Sequence record: SRR31156797_495
Length of the DNA stretch: 34,480 nt
Direction: 5' to 3' (one strand)
Made by a program: the position numbers and the translations under genes. This document shows positions 28,378 through 34,480 of this stretch, in pieces. The stretch's first letter is position 1. Every line of letters begins with the position of its first letter. Under the pieces are notes generated by a model. It saw only the letters and a program-made list of their open reading frames with translations, was not told the origin of the DNA and ran no database searches.

Positions 28378-30303
28378 ATGAACAACATCACCACCCTAAC
28401 CACCCCTCTAGGCAAAGATAAACTAACCCTAGACTCCATAACCGGGCAGGAATCACTGTCCGAGCCTTTTTCCTATTCCATCTCCGCACACAGCAAAGAT
28501 AACGCACTGGACTTCAAATCAATAGTAGGCAAGGACGTTTCAGTAGCCATTCAACTGCCGGATGGAAAGTCAAACAGATATATCAACGGGGTGGTGACCC
28601 GCTTCACCATGGGCCTCAGCACAGTGGAAGCCACTCAGTACGCACTTGAACTGCGCCCATGGCTGTGGCTGATGAACCTGCAGGCTGATTGCGCTGTTTT
28701 TCAAAACATGAGTGTGCCGGACATAGTGAAAAAGGTCTGCAATGCTGCCGGATACACAGACATAAGTGATAAGCTCAGCGGCAGTTATGCCCAGCGGGAA
28801 TATACCGTTCAATATAATGAAACCGCCTTTGCCTTTGTCTCCCGTTTGATGGAAGAAGAAGGCATTTTTTATTTTTTCACCCATACTTCAAGTGCGCATA
28901 CCATGGTTCTGGCGGACGGCCCGGACAATTTCACCGACTGCGAACAGGCGTCTTCACTGACATTTCATGCTAAAAACTCCAGCAATATTCCCGCCAAACA
29001 AATTACTGATGTTTCGCTTTCCCAGATTTCCATTACCGGAAAATACGGTACCGGGGATTATAATTTTGAAACCCCGGATACCGACCTGACTGCTACTGCT
29101 GCCGGAACAAACAACCGCATGGTTTACGAATATCCTGCCGGATATATGGTTAAGAGCGACGGGGAAAGCATTGCCGGCAGAAGACTTGATGCGCTGGAAG
29201 CAGACGAAAAGATTCTTTCCGCTTCTTCCCCGGCATCCGGGCTGTGCACCGGAGGGACCTTTACCGTAGCTAAGCATGACCGCCGCGATATTAATTCCAA
29301 GTGGGCAGTTACGGCATTATCTGTCTCAGCCTCTCCCGAGCATTGCAGATACGGGGTTACCGCTATTCCCGCCAATACAAAATTTCGCCCGGCCCGCACT
29401 TTTGCCAAGCCGCAAGTTCCGGGACCGCTCACCGCAGTTGTTACAGGCAAGGCCGGAGAGGAAATATGGACCGACAAATACGGACGCATCAAGGTGCAGT
29501 TCTTCTGGGACAGGCCGGGTAAAAAAGATGAGAATTCATCATGCTGGGTGCGTGTGTCCCAACCGTGGGCCGGAAAGGCTTATGGGGCGCTTTTTCTGCC
29601 GCGCATAGGCCATGAGGTGGTTGTCAGCTTCATTAACGGTGATCCCGACAAACCTCTTGTTACCGGAGCAGTATATAATGCAAACCAGACCGTTCCCTAC
29701 CCCCTGCCGGACAATGCCACCCGGACAGTAATCAAGACAAATTCCAGTAAGAACGCTCAAGGTTCCAACGAGCTGCGTTTTGAAGATAAGGCGGGAGAGG
29801 AAGAGCTGTTCATGCATGCGCAAAAGGACATGAATGCAACGGTTGAAAACGCCCGCACCACGATCATAAAAAAAGCCAATGACACCCTGACTCTGGAGGA
29901 AGGCAACCGTTCCCTTGATGTCCAGAAAGGGACTGAGACCCACCATGTAAAAGGTACACGCAATGTTACGGTAGAAGATGCCGAAACCCGCACCAACAAA
30001 TCTGATTACACCGCTACCGTTGATGGCGATTACAACCTCACAGTCAAGGGAGCTATGACCATCAAGGTAACAGGTGATATCACCATCGCCTCAGACGGAA
30101 ACGTTACCATAAAGGCGGGTCAAAATATAACCGTGAAAGGCGGTCAAAACCTGAAAACTGAAGCAGGCATGAGCGCGACGCATAAGGCTTCAACATCCAT
30201 AACCGTACAGGGTCTTAGCTTTTCAGTTAAGGGAAATGCTTCAGGTGAAGTCAATGGAGGAGGTTCGTTGAGCGTCAAAGGCGGCATGGTCAGCATCAAT
30301 TAA
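28378..30303 (+). CDS. vgrG: T6SS spike protein VgrG (no effector extension)
   Basis: QYNETAFAFVSRLMEEEGIFYFF, GRIKVQFFWDR, SSCWVRVSQPWAG, LPRIGHEVVVSFINGDPDKP, NELRFED and beta-helix repeats to the end. Confidence 0.98.
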   Translation: MNNITTLTTPLGKDKLTLDSITGQESLSEPFSYSISAHSKDNALDFKSIVGKDVSVAIQLPDGKSNRYINGVVTRFTMGLSTVEATQYALELRPWLWLMNLQADCAVFQNMSVPDIVKKVCNAAGYTDISDKLSGSYAQREYTVQYNETAFAFVSRLMEEEGIFYFFTHTSSAHTMVLADGPDNFTDCEQASSLTFHAKNSSNIPAKQITDVSLSQISITGKYGTGDYNFETPDTDLTATAAGTNNRMVYEYPAGYMVKSDGESIAGRRLDALEADEKILSASSPASGLCTGGTFTVAKHDRRDINSKWAVTALSVSASPEHCRYGVTAIPANTKFRPARTFAKPQVPGPLTAVVTGKAGEEIWTDKYGRIKVQFFWDRPGKKDENSSCWVRVSQPWAGKAYGALFLPRIGHEVVVSFINGDPDKPLVTGAVYNANQTVPYPLPDNATRTVIKTNSSKNAQGSNELRFEDKAGEEELFMHAQKDMNATVENARTTIIKKANDTLTLEEGNRSLDVQKGTETHHVKGTRNVTVEDAETRTNKSDYTATVDGDYNLTVKGAMTIKVTGDITIASDGNVTIKAGQNITVKGGQNLKTEAGMSATHKASTSITVQGLSFSVKGNASGEVNGGGSLSVKGGMVSIN

Positions 30304-30313
30304 GGGATACAGT

Positions 30314-30970
30314 ATGGGTAAAGCAGAAGAATACATACAGCGTGATGAACATGGAAACATTTTGTTCAGCGTGCCTTTGCAGGATGGAAAACCGCATGGC
30401 ACTGCGAATATGTTTACCCCCGATGGGTCCGTACTGCAGCAGATGGAATATCAACATGGAATAATTGTAGGAGAAGTGCGGCGTTACGATAAGGACGGAC
30501 AGCTTGAACAGGTATCAATGATACACAAGGGGAAACTTCACGGAGAACTTCGCACCTTTGAACATGAGCGTCCGCGCACGCTTATGACTTACGTAAACGG
30601 CGTGGCCAACGGCCCCATGCAGGTCTGGCATCCTAATGGACAATTGGCAGCCGAGACAACTCTTCTACATGGAAAGACGGAAGGGGAATCCCGTGTATTC
30701 GGAGAAAATGGAGAGCTCATGCAGCGCCTTAACTACCGTAATGGAGTACTGCATGGAGAGGCTGAACATTTTTTTCCCTCTGGTACTGTACGGGAAAAAA
30801 CGCATTGGGTGGATGGCCTTAAACATGGTGATTCTTCCACCTTTTCAGAATCTGGAGATCTGGAAAGACAGGTGCAGTACGAGAAAGGTAATCTGTTGGC
30901 GCAGAAGATTGCTGACGAATCCTCGGCCAAGAAGAAATCCTGGCGGCAGGCAATTTTCGGAGGCAGGTAG
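30314..30970 (+). CDS. MORN-variant repeat protein (YwqK-like)
   Basis: Tandem ~24-aa repeats such as NYRNGVLHGEAEHFFPSG and HWVDGLKHGDSSTFSESG. Confidence 0.88.
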   Translation: MGKAEEYIQRDEHGNILFSVPLQDGKPHGTANMFTPDGSVLQQMEYQHGIIVGEVRRYDKDGQLEQVSMIHKGKLHGELRTFEHERPRTLMTYVNGVANGPMQVWHPNGQLAAETTLLHGKTEGESRVFGENGELMQRLNYRNGVLHGEAEHFFPSGTVREKTHWVDGLKHGDSSTFSESGDLERQVQYEKGNLLAQKIADESSAKKKSWRQAIFGGR

Positions 30971-30972
30971 TC

Positions 30973-31359
30973 ATGTCTCAGTTGGTTGTTTCCGGAGCCA
31001 TGCTCCAGTGTTCATTCGGTGTAGCACCATGCTCTCTGATGGTTTTGCCCCAAAACAGGGTTATGTGTTCCACTCCGGCAGCTAATATCATGGATTATAT
31101 TCCCATGGTGAATGTGCCGGGGTTTGGTATGTGTACATCAATAGCAAACCCAACAGTTGCCTCTGCAACAGCAGCAGCCTTGGGCGTACTTACACCGATG
31201 CCCTGTATTCCCTGTCTCGTGGCCCCGTGGATTACCGGTTCTCCTACAGTTTTACTCGGCAACATGCCTGCTCTGAATAGCAGCTCAACCCTTATGTGCA
31301 TGTGGGCCGGCAGTATTTCAATCACCAGCCCCGGACAGTTTACTACAACAATCCCATAG
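30973..31359 (+). CDS. DUF4280 PAAR-like spike tip protein
   Basis: GAMLQCSFG, FGMC, PMPCIP...PW and LMCMWAGSISI Cys pattern. Confidence 0.93.
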   Translation: MSQLVVSGAMLQCSFGVAPCSLMVLPQNRVMCSTPAANIMDYIPMVNVPGFGMCTSIANPTVASATAAALGVLTPMPCIPCLVAPWITGSPTVLLGNMPALNSSSTLMCMWAGSISITSPGQFTTTIP

Positions 31360-31368
31360 GGGAATATT

Positions 31369-32178
31369 ATGGTTAAGACCAAAACAAAAGTTTTTCTCGG
31401 CCTCTCCATAACCGGACTGATTACATCTTTAGTTATAACAATACTATTAGCCGGACTGCTCGTATCTGAAAATAAAGATGTACAGTCGACCACGCATCAG
31501 GTGAAGGGAGACATCACGCCCCCACGGCAACCCTCCGGGAACTCCACTGCATTGCCTGTTGCCTCCAATCCGGTAAAGAAAGCAGGGAACAGCACCACTG
31601 TGACCAACAGCACTTCTGTAAAGAACACCAACACTTTTACCTTGCAGGTTGGATCATATCTCAGCCTGAATTCCGCAAAAACAGAGGCAGCACGTGTTGC
31701 CGGACTAGGGTTTAAGGCTGAAATATATGTTCAGGAAAAATCACCTCCAGTATATGTTGTACGGACCGGAAATTTTACCGACATGACCGCAGCTAACGCC
31801 GAAGCAAAACTGATTCAACAGCAGAGCAGCATAACTGCCTCAATTGTGCCTATGGATAAAGCAACTCCTGTTTCGGAAAAAGCAGGAATTCCTCTTTGGC
31901 TGGCACAGGTCGGATCGTTTTTAACTCAGCAGTCCGCGAAAACCGAGATATCCCGGCTGAAAAAAATGGAAATCAAAGCAAGCGTTGTCCCGCTTTACGA
32001 TAAGAAAAACAGGCTCTGGTATGCTGTTCTTCTTGGGGCTTTTCCGGATGAAGCCAAAGCAAAATCTACCTGCGTTGCATTTAAAGAAAAGGTGAATGGG
32101 GATTGTATTGTCTATCCTATTGATAAAAAAATATTTGAGGCTCGGAAGGCACGGGGTAAAGATTCTAGAAAAAAATAA
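31369..32178 (+). CDS. Membrane-anchored protein with two SPOR peptidoglycan-binding domains
   Basis: N-terminal TM helix, Ser/Thr/Pro linker, then FTLQVGSY...YVVRTGNF and WLAQVGSF...YAVLLGAF SPOR repeats. Confidence 0.88.
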   Translation: MVKTKTKVFLGLSITGLITSLVITILLAGLLVSENKDVQSTTHQVKGDITPPRQPSGNSTALPVASNPVKKAGNSTTVTNSTSVKNTNTFTLQVGSYLSLNSAKTEAARVAGLGFKAEIYVQEKSPPVYVVRTGNFTDMTAANAEAKLIQQQSSITASIVPMDKATPVSEKAGIPLWLAQVGSFLTQQSAKTEISRLKKMEIKASVVPLYDKKNRLWYAVLLGAFPDEAKAKSTCVAFKEKVNGDCIVYPIDKKIFEARKARGKDSRKK

Positions 32179-32393
32179 AAACACTTTTTATAACACAATT
32201 TACGGTAGTCTACCCATTTGCAAGGAGGGCTGAAAAGTAGAGGCTATTTGTAGACCTCCCCAAATTAGTACCATCCGTAAGTAGAATTTTCTTGGGGATA
32301 ACGTCAGGAAAAACATCAACTTGTCTATAATATTACAGAACAAAAAGTCTAAAAGTGTTACGGAAAATCTAAGCCATCGCTATTAGACATATT

Positions 32394-32700
32394 TTCAACA
32401 CTAAAACCGAAGACCTGACCGGAAAACAACTCGCAAGACTTTTAGAAGCCATTGAGAACGAACCGAACAAATCAGCAGGCAGCCTCATGCTTATGGCCCT
32501 GTACACCGGGATGCGCAAAGGTGAAATATACAGGCTGCAATGGCAGGACATTGATTTCGAGCGCGGCTTCATTTTGATCCGTGACCCCAAGGGCGGAATT
32601 GATCAGCGTATCCCAATAAACACCCCGGCCAGAAATGTTCTCGAAGATCAATACACCAGAAGCGGTAATTCTGAATGGGTGTTCCCCGGTAGGTTCAAAG
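32394..32700 (+). pseudogene. Tyrosine integrase remnant (central Box I region only)
   Basis: KTEDLT...LLEAI...ALYTGMRKGEIYRLQWQDIDF...DPKGG...WVFPG. N-terminus and catalytic C-terminus are absent. Confidence 0.88.
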
Positions 32701-32790
32701 ATATGCCCACCTGCGTGATGATGCCATGCAGCGGGCCAGCGAGGTTGCTGGAGATATGTATAAGGCAATGCAGATAAAACGCACCTCGAC

Positions 32791-32862
32791 TTGACCTATT
32801 AAATATTAATGCCTACTATTTTAGTCATAGAGCAATCTAAAGACTATTTTACTAGGCATTAA
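32791..32862 (+). promoter_or_regulatory. Sigma70 promoter with two tandem palindromic operators for the hipBA-like operon
   Basis: TTGACC (32791-32796), 17-bp spacer, TACTAT (32814-32819). Operators ATGCCTA-N6-TAGTCAT (32809-32828) and AAGACTA-N6-TAGGCAT (32840-32859). Confidence 0.75.
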
Positions 32863-32863
32863 C

Positions 32864-33172
32864 ATGAAAAAGAAATTACCTATAAAACTGCGTAGCAGCC
32901 TTAAGGGGCTTGGCGAATCCTTGAAAAATGCACGGATTCGCCGCCGCCTTAAGATGGTCACCGTTGCCGACCGAGCCGGGGTAAGTAGAGAAACACTTGC
33001 TAAAATTCAGCGCGGTGATCCCGGTGTCAGCATGGGCAACTATGCTGCCGTAATCTTCGCCCTCGGCCTCGGCACAGACTGGATGAATCTGGCGGACATA
33101 ACCGAAGATAAAGTCGGGCAGGCTCTCGACGAGGAACGGTTGCCCAGCCGAGTGCACGAAATATCAAGTTAG
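32864..33172 (+). CDS. XRE/HTH antitoxin (HipB-like)
   Basis: ARIRRRLKMVTVADRAGVSRETLAKIQRGDPGVS HTH, directly upstream of a HipA-family gene. Confidence 0.88.
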   Translation: MKKKLPIKLRSSLKGLGESLKNARIRRRLKMVTVADRAGVSRETLAKIQRGDPGVSMGNYAAVIFALGLGTDWMNLADITEDKVGQALDEERLPSRVHEISS

Positions 33173-33181
33173 GACAGAATT

Positions 33182-34435
33182 ATGCCAAAAGAAATTTTCG
33201 TACATATAGATATTCAAGGCGAAACGCACTTCGTTGGACGGCTTTGGATTCATTCCGGTCAGCGCGGCGAGAGCGCATCTTTTGAATATTCCCGCCAATG
33301 GCGGCAATCACCAATCAGCTTTTCCCTTGAGCCGACTTTGAATCTCGGCGAAGGCTCTTTTCATACGCCCGCAGGCAAATCTCTTTTCGGCTCCATCGGA
33401 GATTCCGCCCCGGACCGCTGGGGCCGTGTGCTCATGAAACGACTAGAGGCCAGAAACGCCAAGGCTGAAAAACGCACCCGCCGCATGCTGCACGACTCCG
33501 ACTTCCTACTCATGGTTAATGATCTGGCACGACAAGGTGCATTGCGTTTTGCCGAACAGGAAGGCGGGCCTTTTTTGGCAACGGACGAAGATGCAACAAT
33601 TCCGCCAATGGTTGAGTTGGGTCGGCTTATGGCTGCTTCAAGCCGCATCTTGGAAAACAAGGAACTGGATCAGGACATTCAGGATCTGGTTGCACCCGGA
33701 GCGTCACTCGGTGGAGCACGGCCCAAGGCATCCATCATAGATACGGACGGCAAGCTGCTGATAGCCAAATTTCCCAGCCCCACCGATGAATGGGATGTGG
33801 AATTGTGGGAATACCTCGCCTTCCAGATGGCAAAAAAGGCCGGAATACCAACACCGGAAGTAATGCTTAAGAAAGTCGGCGGGCAAAACGTACTTCTGCT
33901 CCACCGCTTTGACCGCAACGCAGGTAAGCGCACCCCTTTTCTGTCTGCAATGAGCATGCTCGGTTATTCTGACGGCGAACAGGGAAGTTATCTGGAAATC
34001 GGCGAAGCACTGAGCGAATACGGTGCCAGCACAACCGAAGATCTCAAAGACCTCTGGCGGCGGATCGTCTTCAACATCATGATTTCAAATGTGGACGACC
34101 ACCTGCGCAACCATGGATTCCTCTATGCCGGATCAGCAGGCTGGCGGCTCTCCCCCCTCTACGATCTGGAACCGACCCCAGAACACGAAAAACCACGCAT
34201 CCTGCACACCTTCATCGACCTTGATGATGGCACGGCTTCGCTTGATCTCGCCTATTCAGTAATTGATGAATTCGGGCTCACGCTCAAAGAAGCAAAAGCC
34301 ATTGCCAAAAAGGTCACGCAAGCCACCCAAAGCTGGGCCAACGATGCCGCACGGCTTGGGGCCAGCAATAATGAAATTGAGATGATGCAGTCAGCTTTTG
34401 AGCATGAAGATTTACGGATGGGATTGAAGGGCTAA
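33182..34435 (+). CDS. hipA: HipA-family Ser/Thr kinase toxin
   Basis: DSAPDRWGR, SLGGARPKA loop, IAKFP, RFDR, NVDDHLRNHGF and LSPLYDL. Confidence 0.93.
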   Translation: MPKEIFVHIDIQGETHFVGRLWIHSGQRGESASFEYSRQWRQSPISFSLEPTLNLGEGSFHTPAGKSLFGSIGDSAPDRWGRVLMKRLEARNAKAEKRTRRMLHDSDFLLMVNDLARQGALRFAEQEGGPFLATDEDATIPPMVELGRLMAASSRILENKELDQDIQDLVAPGASLGGARPKASIIDTDGKLLIAKFPSPTDEWDVELWEYLAFQMAKKAGIPTPEVMLKKVGGQNVLLLHRFDRNAGKRTPFLSAMSMLGYSDGEQGSYLEIGEALSEYGASTTEDLKDLWRRIVFNIMISNVDDHLRNHGFLYAGSAGWRLSPLYDLEPTPEHEKPRILHTFIDLDDGTASLDLAYSVIDEFGLTLKEAKAIAKKVTQATQSWANDAARLGASNNEIEMMQSAFEHEDLRMGLKG

Positions 34436-34480
34436 TTGTACGCGACCAGCTGCCCCTTCTCAGTCAACCGATACTTCTGA

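Larger units (their letters stand above)
12700..34435. mobile_element. Degenerate genomic island region carrying the T6SS and the TA module
   Basis: Integrase remnants on both sides of the T6SS, AT-rich junction DNA and a TA pair. Exact boundaries and att sites were not identified. Confidence 0.55.

Noticed and set aside
12561-32260. Short inverted similarity between TGGGTAGAACTAC (~12567) and GTAGTCTACCCA (~32205) as island terminal repeats
   Set aside because: About 12 bp with an indel, which is within chance expectation for this length.
12700-32700. One integrase gene split by insertion of the T6SS
   Set aside because: Fragment order is wrong (the C-terminal piece is on the left) and the overlapping segment differs in sequence.

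Overview
This is a mosaic accessory region, probably from a Desulfovibrionaceae-type sulfate reducer (inferred from the periplasmic two-subunit HydAB hydrogenase). From left to right it holds: (1) a secreted beta-propeller protein with a C-terminal membrane sorting signal; (2) a TetR regulator overlapping an outer-membrane beta-barrel gene; (3) an orphan ORF and a secreted GH14 beta-amylase; (4) a hairpin-rich intergenic segment; (5) a complete minus-strand [FeFe]-hydrogenase operon (hydA-hydB-TM1266-like-hydG-hydX-like-hydE-hydF) bracketed by a 25-bp direct repeat; (6) a ~19-kb type VI secretion cluster (tssJKLMABC-hcp-tssEFG-[two AT-rich orphans]-vgrG-MORN-DUF4280-SPOR) flanked by decayed tyrosine-integrase fragments; and (7) a HipBA-type toxin-antitoxin pair with a clear promoter and tandem operators. 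The best novelty candidate is the T6SS. It has no tssH/clpV, a two-gene AT-rich cassette sits between tssG and vgrG, and the host codons flanking that cassette show a mirror-image GT/CA strand skew. All assignments come from motif recognition by eye; no database searches were run.
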